Source: Octopus bimaculoides
Taxonomy: Eukaryota
Length of the DNA: 64,000 nucleotides
NCBI RefSeq assembly: GCF_001194135.2
Contig: NC_068984.1
Span: 105,149,639 to 105,213,638 of the forward strand
Direction: 5' to 3'
The notes under the pieces are model-generated. The model searched no databases. It was not told the DNA's origin and saw nothing but the letters and a program-made list of their open reading frames with translations. Below, piece by piece: positions 37,891 through 50,696 of this stretch (its first letter is position 1; each line of letters opens with the position of its first letter). The position numbers and the translations under genes were made by a program.

Positions 37891-38406
37891 AAAGCCAACA
37901 TTATCACAAACCTCATCACATGGAGTCTGCTTTAGGACTATAACAAAGGTATGCACAACACACACAGAGTCTCACACACATTGAGGTTTGATCTTTTAGC
38001 TCAAATTAAAGTATGTTACACTTAATAAATCAGCTTCATAATTATAGTGTCAGTGTTATCAATTAAAGATATTTATATCATATTTGTATTTCCTGTAAAA
38101 TTTCTGTTTGCTGGGGTTCTGATGGGGCAAGATACTTTTCAAACACATGTGCTTCCGGTAACTATCAGAGCTTTTACAAGGACAATAAATATAATATTAA
38201 TAAAGAAATATTCTAACAAGAAAGCATATCTTCTTTTACTTATATTCAAGTATATCATAATTAACAAAACAATTGAAACAATTTTCACCTTGTAGTAGTT
38301 CCAAAGTTTTTAACATTCTCAACAGCGTACTCCATTTTATCATTCAAACCATAATATAGGCTTCCTATCTATTCTATAAATGTATTTTTAATTTTTAAAA
38401 CTGAAC

Positions 38407-38407
<1 letters not shown>

Positions 38408-38445
<38 letters not shown>
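38408..38445. repeat. (TTA)n trinucleotide microsatellite
   Basis: Direct inspection. Confidence 0.95.
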
Positions 38446-38447
<2 letters not shown>

Positions 38448-39115
38448 ATGAAATTCACATTTTTATCTTATAAATGCGTATGTTTATTTTTTGAAATTTC
38501 ATTATAAAGTCTCTTGACAATGTCATATTTTTTTTTACATATTATTGTCAATGACCTTTATGTCTGTCCTTCCATTATTGGATTGCAAGGTTGGTGGTAG
38601 GCAGCAAAGGTATCCAAAAATCAAGTTATCAAAACGTTCCAATAATGTGCAATAAAATAGTGTGTGTGTGAGTGTATTATATATAGAATAGATCATGTGC
38701 TCAGACTCTAAAGATTGCTTGGAGACACAAGGCATGTTATAAAAACCTGCCTAGACACACGTTTCCAATGCAAGAAACTTTTAGTAGCTCATATCTTTAT
38801 ACTGTGTACATTAAATATCTATCTATATATACATACACACCATCAATTTCATCTAATTTCTTTGTGTCTAAGCTAAATATTCTCATTAGATAAATTCCAA
38901 CATTAGATTGCTACTTCTGTTTATGGCTGGCAGGGTGAAGTAGTTATTGGCTTCAAACAAAAACAAAAAAATTTTTTTAAATATTCTTAGATAAAAATAT
39001 ATTTTGATTGAGTTTGTACTTTCTGTCCAAATGTTTACATTGCAATAATGTCAGGAAAAGTTCTGACAACCAAGAATGTAACCAGTATGATTTGTTTATT
39101 ATTATCATTATTATT

Positions 39116-39330
39116 CAGAATCATTAGGGCATTGGATAAAATGCTCGGTGGCATTTCTTTCAGCACTTTACATTCTAAGTTCAAATCCCACCAAGGTCAA
39201 CTTTGCCTTTCATCCTTTTGGGGGTCGATAAAATAAAGTACCAGTCAAGTATTGGGATCAATGTAATTGACCAGCCCCAACCCTACTAAAATTGCTGGCC
39301 TTGTGCCAAAATCTGTAATTGTAATTATTA
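39116..39330 (+). mobile_element. Short tRNA-derived SINE family
   Basis: B-box AGTTCAAATCCC, then GGTCAACTTTGCCTTTCATCC...GGGGTCGATAAAATAAAGTACCAG and ATTGCTGGCCTTGTGCCAAAA. Collinear with 58270-58490. Confidence 0.8.
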
Positions 39331-40230
39331 GTTTAAAAGTTATGGATTTTCATTTGAGTCTTCCTTCAAGTTTAGTTGACTTTTTGATGATACAAAAACT
39401 TCAATATTTGTATGCAGTGATATCTAATTTAGTGAATTTTTTATATACTGAATTTAACAAAAACAAGTAACTGGTGCTTATTTAAAATATTCTTGAAATG
39501 CAATACCACTTTCACATAACTGAAATTTCAGCAACATTCAAAGATCATTTATTGATCAAGACAAATAAGTTATTGAAACTTTAAATCATTTGTTTAGTTT
39601 AAGGCAGTTCAAAAGATTTTTTAACATTTCAACCCAACAATGATAGAAATATCACTTAAAATTATTGTAATTGGAATAACTCACATTATATTAATCAACT
39701 CCATTCTTTAACTTAATTTTTGGAGTATTTGAAATCAAACATGTAGTTTGATGATCATTCTCTTTACATTGTAATTGTACAAGTATCAGTGATTGTATTT
39801 CTAATGACAGTCTTCTAACATCTTATGAAACATTAATTATACAACTATTATTCATGTCACCAGTCATAGATTTTATTTTGAAAACAAATTACTGTTGTTG
39901 CAATGTTTATTTCTTCAGAATTAAATTTTGGTCTTAGAATTTTTATTATATTATACAAACTATGTTTGATCATTTTATTCTTCAGGTATAAACTAATTTT
40001 GTACTTCAACTTGACTGTATATCAATTATACTGAATTTAGAAATTATCATCAGTTGTTGAAACTATTATTATGTAGTTATCTCATCTGATTTTCCTTCCA
40101 AAATAAAAATGAAAAAAAAATCTGATAGAACTGATTTTATTGAAAGTGCCTCACCATGGGTTGGATTTAAATGGTCTACCTCTTCAAAATAGTTAATCTT
40201 TTTTTTATATGTAATATATATATATAAATA

Positions 40231-40240
40231 NNNNNNNNNN
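40231..40240. other. Assembly gap
   Basis: Run of N within (TA)n. Confidence 1.
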
Positions 40241-43200
40241 ATATATATATATATTGTTGGCTTTGTTAAACATTGAAGACCAAAGAATCTTAAACTATTA
40301 TTAATATAGTAAAGTTTGAAATCAATTTAATGTGAAATGTGATGCTAATCTTTGCATATTGCCAAGTGTTCAATAAAAAGAAGAAAAAAAAGCTGCTATT
40401 CTTTCTCTATCAATTAGGGTTGGTTTGGCTCTTGTAGTGTTAACATGAGCTTTTACACATGATTTCTAAACTAACCATTTTGTTTGTATTGTTAACTTGG
40501 TGAAAATAACAGCAGGATGTATTTAAATTTTGGACCAAAATAGGTTTTAAAATTGCTTATTCCTGTTTGTACATATATATGATGTCATGAACAAGGCAAT
40601 AAAAAAATAGATTACTGTACAAATTTCTACAGTCCTTGTATGTTCTGAAACTATTTTTGTCAAACTGCTGTTACCTAGTTTACAAATATTCATAGAATTT
40701 GTGATTATTACTGCCAGCTGTATTTTACAATTTTCAAATCTATAAAACTGAAAATTCTCTTAGGAATTTTATATGTTTTTAATGTTTGTTGATTAGTCCA
40801 TCTAAACAATACCAATACGGATATCAAAAACAAAAAACAATTAAAAAAACAGTTGTTAATTTGTTAATGTTGGTGAGGATCTAATTATAATTAACCATTT
40901 AGTTTATGATGGTTCTGATCCTCTTACCACTGAAACTGATGAAAATATTTACATAAAGTGAACTGCTTTTTTGAGGTTGAAAGAAGAGAAGAAAATCTGA
41001 ACAATATTGACTCTTGAGTGCACATACTTTTTTTTTTTTTTTTGATAAGTATGTGTACTCTTTCTCTTTCTCTCTCCCTCCCTCTATCTCAAAGGTAGCA
41101 ATGTTACTATGGATAGTATGTTTTAGTTCAATCTGTGTTGTATACAATTGTTCATAATTGAATCATTGTACGCCTGCTTCCCATTGTGCCTTGTATGGGC
41201 CATCTGAAGTATGCTCAAGGAAAATAAACAAGGTGTCATCTTTCTCTTTACTTCTCATTTATTTTTCATGCTTGCATAATCTTTAACTTCTTTTTAAAAA
41301 TGATCCACTATTTTTTTCTTTGTCAATGTTTGTTGTTTCTCTTTACTTTCCCTTTATTCTTTGTATGCCTAATGATATTGAGCTGTAATATCTTAGCTTC
41401 AATACGTATTGGAATTTTAATGTTTTAACAAATTTTATGCTGAAACATTAAGATCCTTATAATTTTGGGTTTGTTGAAAAATGATAACACTCGGAGTGCC
41501 TTCAATAAACTATAAAATAATGGTAATTTGCTCTTTAAATTAATTAGTCAACTTCTGTAATAAATCATCTGAGTAATTTCATGTATTTCCTTCTGTAACA
41601 AAATATAAATGGGAGATAAAGCAATGTTTCATTGTTTTTATATATCTAATTAGTAAATAAGTACTGGGTTGATTAGTTGAAGTGGAATTCTTCAAGGTGG
41701 TCCCGCAGCATGGCCACAGTTTAATGACTGAAACAAGTAAAAGATAAAAGATAATAGTATAATTATCATAATAATACATACTAATTATAAGTAAGACATA
41801 ATTATCCACCATGCTATCCCAGAAATTTAAGATAAGCTGTTTATTAAATAATTTAGTATGTCTGCATATTAAGATATTTTGTACTTATATAGATAGTTAT
41901 CTATTGGATAAACAAAAAATGTTGTTTAGTTAACAAAATTATAAGTAGTCAAATAAATTTCATTGTGCATTAAGAAAGATGGTTGTTATTATTTGTGTTT
42001 CTGTTCCTGAGTATGATGAAAATCTATTTAAATAATTATACAACTGTAACCAACTTCTTCAATTTTGAAAGAAGAACTTCAGTGGTACAGTTTGAATTTA
42101 ATTGTTCATTGTTAATTTTCAATTATGCTTCTTTTTGCTTGATTAGATATGACAGAGTTACTGTTGAGCCAAGTATAATAATCTGCAGTGATTCTACATG
42201 TCATTAATTTACTGCATCTCACTGATCCTTGATTGAATAGTGCAAAGACTTGTAATTACCTTAGCTTAAGAATAAAACTGTTACAAAATTAAGTTTCCTT
42301 TCATTTATGTTTATCACTAGAATTAATGATGTTAATAAGGATCATTGTGTATTGATTGATTGATTGATTGATTGGTTATAAATATATAAAATGAAATAAA
42401 TGCAAGTTTCAAAGATAGATTAAAGTCATTGCCCAGCACAAGATTCAAATTTGCAAAGCAAAATTTGCTAGGAATGGCATCAGTTTATTATTGATAAAAT
42501 TACCATTAGTACCTTTTCTACCCGGGAGGACAATTAAAATACGTAACATTAAGTTTGCTGACCAGAGACACAACAAAGTACCTACTGTGTGAGATATGAA
42601 CAAATACTGCCCTGTGACTTCGTTGTCAAATACATTATTGAATTTGTCTTTACAAAGATTTCTCTGGGAAGTATAACTTACCATATGAAAGAACATTTTC
42701 AATTAATGAAAGAGCATTTTCATTGAATGTAAAACTTAAGTAGAAGAAATAAGCATCAACTTTTAATACAGATTGATATTAATTATTGTAGGTTTTGGCA
42801 TCCATTTAACTTTCTAATAAGATCAGTTTGATAGTATAAATTGAAGTAACAACAGAATTGAAAATGCATAAAAGGTTGGCACATATTTAACAACCAAACT
42901 ATATTTAGTTGTGTTAACAGATAAGATACAGATAAAGTTTTACTTAGTTAAGATTCATAAACTTAATAGGAGTTATTCATTTACGTATCTATTTTATGTC
43001 TATACCCATTTTATGTTATTAAACAACCATAATAACTTTAGATATGGTTTTAGTGTCATTTTCACTTAAATATGGTTCCTATGACAATTTCAGAGACTGA
43101 ACGGTTAAGAGCGAAATATTTTACCAAAGCCAGCACACAACTTTGTACAGAATTTGATTTATGTGCCCTTTGGTAAATAGATAATAATTTGGCCACTGTT

Positions 43201-46069
43201 AACTCATTGGCTTGTAGTTTTCATATAGCTCATTAAGTTTGTAGTAAATTTAAATTGCTTATGTTTATTTCTTTCTTCATTTACTGTGTTTGTATGTTAT
43301 ATAGTTTGATTAGTTTTCTCCCTGAACATCTATTTCTTTAGAAGAGCTTTGAGAGCATAGATCTTAAAAATGCACCTGTAAAAGCCATGCCTTGGTTTAA
43401 ATTTTGTGGATTAAACCAGGTGTCTAGCAAAAACAAAAATTGATCTGATTCTTGTTGAATTGTATGGACTCCAGTTCTCTATGGAGAAAAATAACCAACT
43501 ACTATACCTTGACAGACTGATGTTGGGCACCAGGATTATGTGTGTGTTGAAAATCAATAGCTGCCAGACTTTCACCTAAATTATGAGTTTTATCATCCCT
43601 ATTGTGTTTGTATATGAAGTTATTGGATGCTTGCAACATTCAGTAAAAGTCATCTGCATTCAATATGATAGCTTATAAACTAGAATTCTGATACCTAAAT
43701 AATCTATTCCTGGAGAATTGACGTCTTCTGTATGATAGTTTCATTTAGTTTTATAGAAAGACAAAATGTAAATAATTTGTAAACAATATATAGGAACAGT
43801 ATTAAGAAGTGACATTACACTCCACAAATCCTGTACCGGTTGAAAGTTGTTCCAGAAGATAGACAAATTTAAAAAATTACATTTTCAAAAGGTCTTTCAA
43901 AAAGGTAAATAAGATGGCATAAAGATCAGAACCTCACAAAATTTTGATCACTGAAGAATTAATTAAATAATAAATGGCAGAGAATAAATTGTGTGAAAAT
44001 GAAAATCTCATGCTCCATATGTCACATACACAATTTAATTGAAACTGGGGTTTAGAAAATTTGGTAGGCACACACACATGGTATCCAGCAGTAGAAACCA
44101 AACCAAAACTGAGACAGTAGAGTAAGATGTGCTCTACCAGCATGCAAAGCAGATTTAAAATGATGATGATGATGAGATATATATATATCATTAAGAAGCT
44201 AATCAACATTCTCAGCATATATTTGAATAAAATTCATTTTACTCAATTTGACACACTTCTGTCCTTTGTGAGAGCAGCATAGACAAAACATTGAAATACT
44301 AAGTAACTTTGCTATGGTTTTTGTGTGTGTACATGTGGAAATAAAGGATTTAAAAATGATCAACGAATTAAGCAGTGGAGATATAAAGTATAGAAAGACA
44401 GCTGATGTAAAGATAAGAGTGTGCATAATTTTTTCTGCTTGAATATTTTACTCTTTTTTTAAAAAATATGGATACTTATTCAACTTGATCTGGACCCAAA
44501 AGATTTGTCCTGAGTTTAGGAAACTTAACTGAAGTAACCATTTCCTAATATAACTGATGAAGAAGAATTCCAGTAGGAAGGAAATTGTCTCCAAATCAAA
44601 TGTATCATTCATAAAAACATTTCTAAAAGATAAACTCAGGTCAAAAACATGGGAATCTGTTCCCAATCTTCAATTATGGCTTTAATTGCTTATATATTCT
44701 ACTTATTTAGAACTTTTAACAGTTTAAACGTTGATTTATTAGTTAAATGCCACATACAAGAATATTAATTTTCAGCCAACTTTCAACAAGCTTTCCGAAG
44801 GAGGTTAACAAAATCATTACCAAGCAAACTCATTACCAAAGTTTTACATATGTTTTTCATTTAAATGATGATTTTCTTCCAATTCTTTAGATTTTTATTT
44901 TATACTAGTTATATCGTATCTTTATCTCTCTTTCCAGCTCCACACCATTTATTCCCACCTACTCTGTTATAATTTGGAGTAGGCATGTATCTTCTCTACA
45001 ACAACAGTCTTGTGCCTATCCTTCCTGTTTTTAATCTCTCGACCTCAGGCATAAAGCCTTCTCCTTCTCTATTCATTTAGTCTTACAAGCTACATGGCAA
45101 CCTCACTAATGCTGATGCCATGAAAAAAGTACTCTCTATAAAGAGGCTGGTATTAGGAAGGGCATCTAGCTGCAGAAACCATGCCAAAACTGAGACATTG
45201 CAGTAAGATGTCTTACTTTGACTCATTGGATACTGTTGAACTGTTCTCAGATGTAAAATGAAGATGGTGACTAGTTACATTGCATAAAGTGTGCCTTTCT
45301 CTAGAGTAAACATGTCTTTATAAATACTATTATAAAGTAACAATAGTACAAGTTTCACAATCATTTTCTTGAAAACACAAACATTCAAAGCACATTTTTT
45401 TATAGCCATCCAAGTATGGTGCAATGCTTTCTTGATTTTTCCTTGAATAACATTTACATAGGACTAATTTTATTCTCTTACCAATAAGTGTAGTACATAG
45501 TTATTAACATTTGCATACATGAAAATATAGTTGTACCTATCAAATACCTTAAAATTAAATGGATATATTTTTCAGTTTAACATATATGTTAACCTAATTT
45601 TAAAATTAAGGTTTTTCAGAGGGAGGAATATTTATTTCTAGTAGTGTATCAGGTATCAGAAACATCTTGATATTGATAGAGTGAGCTATTGTAGTTTTAC
45701 ATTCCTGTCTTAGAATATGAAATGTAAGATTTCTAGGCAAGAACCACAATACTATTTGTATTTATAATGTAAGCAAAGTGAACTGGTTACAACCAAGAAT
45801 TTAAATGAAGCAAACTTTCATCACAGTTAACTTACCTCTGCACTACAGTGTTTATCTATAAAATTAAACTTGGATCTAATGGAAGCTTGATGCTTGTTCT
45901 CTGTAATTTGACAATGAGGATTCAGTCATTCAATCAACTGAATTAGCTCCTCCTAAATTAATAAATGACTGAGTATTCTACATACACCTTTAACATAATT
46001 TTCAGGCAGAATCAACATGACACCATGTATTGTTGTACTGGTGTACTTTTAAATTACTGATACAATCCA

Positions 46070-46240
46070 TTCAACAGGTGGCTTTACAGTTTCCATCAAC
46101 CCAATTTTGTTCACAAGGTATAAGTCAACCCAATCCTATAAAAAAATGACATTTTCCCAAGATACTACTATATAATGGAATCAAGCCTGTGACCACATTT
46201 GTGAAGTAAAACTTTTAACCATTCATCCACACTCCAACTA
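46070..46240 (-). mobile_element. Long SINE family fragment, antisense
   Basis: CAGTTTCCATCAACCCAATTTTGTTCACAAGG...AAACTTTTAACCATTCATCCAC, reverse of the SINE head. Confidence 0.5.
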
Positions 46241-48008
46241 TGAGAGCTTAGTATTGGAATGTAATAAACAGCCATACAGTGTCTTTGTTGCTTAAAACAG
46301 TAAGTTTTGCCTTCCCATGGCACTTTTTACAACTATGTGGACAGGATTGACATTGCCCAGAGTACAGCATAACAGCCATTACAGGATAGGATTCAGATAA
46401 CCCTTTGGCATCTAGACGACTGTTCTAATAGCTTGGTTTGTATCATAACTTTATAGTTGCTATGCCTTAGCATGAAGGTAAGAATATCCTTTAAAAAAAG
46501 GCCTTGAATCATTTGTTTCTGCAGCTGGCTGTAGTTACATAACATACTTGAAGATAAAAAATATATATTCAGTGTATTCTCCAGGGCTTTCTTATTAACT
46601 AGAGACTTGACACGGAACATTAGTTTGTAAATGAAGCATTTGTTAAACTGCTAAGGCATATAAGGTTCAAATAAATTCTTTATTTAATTTTGCCCAAATT
46701 ACCCACCAGTCAAATTATTTTTAATATTAATAGTTTTAAAGTTTTAACATAAGTTTAAAATTTAGTCAAGTAATTCCTCAAAACTTAATCAAGTAATAAG
46801 TGGAAATTCTTATATCCTACTTAACCTGGATATATTGTTAGAGTGCCATGTTACTGCATTATTCACCTTGAGAGATTCTCTCATATAGGCATAAAGTGCT
46901 TAGAGGTACAAACATATTGTTAGCAGACAATAATGTGGCGGAACATGTTAGCAGATATGGGTGGTGGAACTGCTAGATCACGTGAATTCAGCATATCTGC
47001 TTTTCTTCAGTTGCTGGCATCCACTCACTACATGCCAGCCAAAAAGAAAGGAATATTTTTAATATATTGAAAAACAAGAGAAATAACTTGTTTATAAAAG
47101 CCACATGCCTTCTACACTTGCAAAATTTCTAATTAAATCAATTTTAAATGTTTGCTCTTTCTGCAAAAGGAACTTAAATACTGCTGTGTTTAAATATGTT
47201 GGATCTATCAGCATTATTTGTTACATTTCATACAGATTGTTGCATTTTCAAGTATAGTATAACAAATCATATCTTATTTTCATTTATAAAGAATTAGAAG
47301 TAAAGATTAAAAATTACAGCTCTTATACCTATTTGCGTTTTTAGCCTTCTAGTTCAGTATGTTTATTTTTAAAGACAGTTTTGTTTTAAGTTACTTCAGC
47401 AAGAGTCAAGGTATCCTTTACCAACAATGAAATAGTTAAATAAAATTGATAGCAATATACTTTGAAATAATTAAATATAAGTTATGTACCTTTCTTAAGA
47501 ATACATCTTAATATTCTTCAGCTAGCCAGCTTATGACTTCCTAACTCTTACTTAGACCAATGGTTTTTAACCTCCTTTTCTTTTTTTTTTTTTTTTTTTT
47601 TTTTTGTAGAGCTCCTTTTTTAAGTTGTTATGCCTAACACCTACCTAAATGGCAAGTCAGGTATCATGACAAATCTAATTTAACATGGGGGTCAATTTAT
47701 AAATTTTACTCAAAAAATGGATTGTTGAGAATCTCTGCCTTAGACCAATACTTCATATTCCCATAAATGTTAGCTATAATTTTTCCTAATTAGCATACTA
47801 ATTAAATACATCAAAGCTGTTTAATTGTTGTCTGTCTTTGATTTATAAACAGAAATATGATTGTCTTACTAATTATGTTTTCACAAATTGTTACAAACTG
47901 AACTTCTAAGAGCATAAATGTAATTCTCTGGTTCTCGCATGATCTTTATAATTCTATCCACTATAAATTATTTGTATTTAACTGTAAACTTTTCTTACTC
48001 TTTTACAG

Positions 48009-48226
48009 CAGAATTACGAGAATGGGTTTTGGTCATTCTTGGCACAAAGGAACATCCTCGACATCGCAATATTACTCCAGAAACATCACGCATGAATCAG
48101 CAATTTCAGTCTGTATATACTTGTGCTGGTGAATCTCCTAGCAGTAGGGTCTGCATAGGTTTGTGGATATTCACTTATATTATAGTTTGTACTAGATTTT
48201 CCACATTTTACATTCCACTTCTCTGA
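48009..48226 (+). CDS. Proprotein convertase exon B: second copy of the P-domain terminal strand plus a short tail with a hydrophobic C-terminus; probably an alternative last exon
   Basis: Pyrimidine tract and TTTTACAG acceptor (AG 48007-48008). Phase-1 translation (A)ELREWVLVILGTKEHPRHRNITPETSRMNQQFQSVYTCAGESPSSRVCIGLWIFTYIIVCTRFSTFYIPLL* with TGA at 48224-48226. It aligns with PACE4 GKLKEWSLILYGTAEHP. The 3' end is uncertain because phase-1 donor-like sites exist at 48129 (G|GTGAAT) and 48159 (AG|GTTTGT). Confidence 0.8.
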
Positions 48227-48870
48227 TTGACACTGATGAGTAAAAGACAACAGTTAATGATTTTTTTTTTGTTTTGTTTTTTTTTACCTTGTACACAAGT
48301 GAAATTTTGCTCTAATTGCTATATCCAAGTCCTTTTTCTTAAAAGAATAGGAAATTCCATTTTAAAGTATTTCCAGGATATTGTTATGTGCAATATTCAC
48401 CTTAAGATTTTCGAAGTGGTAAATTTGCTGACACCATTGATATAATGGTAGAGAAAATCTTTTCCTTTTTTTTTTTTTAGGTAGGGGGGATTCTTGTTTT
48501 TCGGGGCTTTTTTTTCTCCACAAAACTTGTTAGCTGTCATTGTATATTGTATATATTCCAAAGCATTGGCTTAAAAGAAGAACAGAAAACATATCAATTG
48601 AAAAAAAACAACAAAGTAAGTCTTGTGATACATGTATATTCTTGCATATATATTTATTTTGAGGCAGGAAGATTCTATATTGGATACTGTTAAGAACTTG
48701 TGAATACTGAATGCCAATATAATGGTCTTTCCATTTAACTACTTGGACAGCAAACAGGTCAATAAACAAAGAAATTGGTGATATTGCGAAAACAAAAACC
48801 TGTTTCGTGTAACATTACACAAATGTTTTAAAAATTGACAATTTAGTTAACATTTTATAATTTTAATAAA
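48227..48870 (+). other. Putative 3' UTR of exon B with candidate poly(A) signals
   Basis: T-rich unique sequence after the TGA; AATAAA at 48761-48766 and 48865-48870. Confidence 0.35.
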
Positions 48871-50114
48871 TTTCTTTTAAAGTTCATCGAATTTTTTTCT
48901 ATTTAAATTCCCACACACACACACACCTCCAAATACAATTACAAATTTAAAGAAACTGAATTACCTCATCAAAATTACTGGAAAACAAAGCAGTCTAATT
49001 CTTTTAACAATAGTAATGATCGCAATAAGGATTTCTTCCTTAGGCACAAGGCCAAATTTATGGGGGACAATTGAATTTACCTAACAGTGTTACTTGGTGC
49101 TGCTTTTATCAAAATTCACATATATGAAAAGTAAATTCACTCCCTTACTAAGACTTGCAGTTACAATGATGAGGTAGTGAATTAAATATCAAACAAATTA
49201 ATCTTTTTTTGATATTATTATTATTATTTTCATTTGCATTTGTGCCAGTTCCATTATCCTAAGAAAATAGCAACAACACACATTAACAGTTTTTTTGACT
49301 TGGTACAAAGTCAGTTTCTGTTTGTGACAGGGCATATCAATTCAATTTACATTCAACATTATTACTTGAAGTTATTTACCCAATCTGGATGCATGAAGTG
49401 CAAGGTTGGCCTCCAGTGGAATTTGAGTTTTAAACTGTGATGGCCAAAACTGGATAATGTAAATCAAGTGAACTGGCCATCTACTCAATGACTTGTTATA
49501 ATAATGATTTTAAGGTGTTGTTATGAATATTTGTAGCTGAAGAACACCTCCCCTTCCATCAGCCTCTGTAAATCAATCAAAAGTGACAAGTCTTTAAAGA
49601 TAACCACTTCATAGAAGTAATGAGCTGAATTGTCAGTTAGTTCAACCACCTACTCTGAAGATATGAAATAGAATGTATAAAGTAACAACCTGAATTGTCA
49701 GTTAGTACAGCCACCTAGAAAGTGAAAGGCAGAAGAAGGAAGAGAAAAAGAACAGGCAACTGACTTGTCACTTGATCTGATAACAATAGCTGCCAAATCT
49801 CATAAATTGCACCCTGCCTATTGTTCTAAAGGTTATACTGAACAATATTGTTCCTGATATAGAGATGACAGGGTTGTCATGACTGAATCACCTTTCATCA
49901 TAGTTGTCTTTGATTATGACTGATCTGGGAATACACAACAAGAACAAAATTTGAGTCAATAAAGTTAAGCTTCTGTACAGGTCTGACAAGATATGGCAGC
50001 CAAATTTTCCTTAAATCATACCTTACCATCTTAAATAGGAAAGGATGCATTGGAAAATGTAGTCCTATATATCAGATAAGTTAATCAATATATCTATTAC
50101 ATTATATATATTCA

Positions 50115-50165
<51 letters not shown>

Positions 50166-50170
<5 letters not shown>

Positions 50171-50524
50171 GTAAGAAGCTTGCTTCCCAACCACATGGTT
50201 CCAGGTTAAGTCCTACTGCATGGCACCTTGGGCAAGTGCTTCTACTATAGCCTCGGGCTGACCAAAGCTTTGTGAATGGATTTGGTAGACGGAAACTGAA
50301 AGAAGCCCATTCTATATATATATATGTGTGTGTGTGTGTTTGTCCCCCCACCATCGCTTGGCAACTGATGTTGGTGTGTTTACATCCCCATAACTTAGCA
50401 GTTTGGCAAAAGGTGCCGATAGAATAAGTACTAGGCTTACAAAGAATAAGTCCAGGGGAGGCAATCTGTCCGACTAAAGGCGGTGCTCCAGCATGGCCAC
50501 AGTCAAATGACAAACAAGTAAAAG
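50166..50524 (+). mobile_element. tRNA-derived octopus-type SINE (long family), near-complete young copy
   Basis: GTGGTAAGAAGCTTGCTTCCCAACCACATGGTTCCAGGTTAAGTCC head with A/B-box-like motifs, GGCACCTTGGGCAAGTG core, internal (TA)(TG) run, and the 3' end GGCGGTGCTCCAGCATGGCCACAGTCAAATGAC. Nearly collinear with 51939-52335. Confidence 0.85.
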
Positions 50525-50576
50525 TGTATATATATATATATGCACAAATGTACATACATACATACATGCATGCATG

Positions 50577-50608
<32 letters not shown>

Positions 50609-50664
50609 TTATATCATATATATTACATTATATATATTTTATACTATACATATATATTATATAG

Positions 50665-50696
<32 letters not shown>

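Noticed and set aside
43090-43450. Two coding-looking plus-strand segments (ETERLRAKYFTKASTQLCTEFDLCAL and KSFESIDLKNAPVKAMPWFKFCGLNQ) separated by an intron-like T-rich gap
   Set aside because: The obvious donor and acceptor produce a TGA at the junction, and I recognise no homology. Open stretches of this length are expected by chance.
49625-49717. Two 28-bp direct repeats (49625-49652 and 49690-49717) with a 37-nt spacer, CRISPR-like in dimensions
   Set aside because: Only two copies with two mismatches, no cas genes, eukaryotic context; a local duplication.
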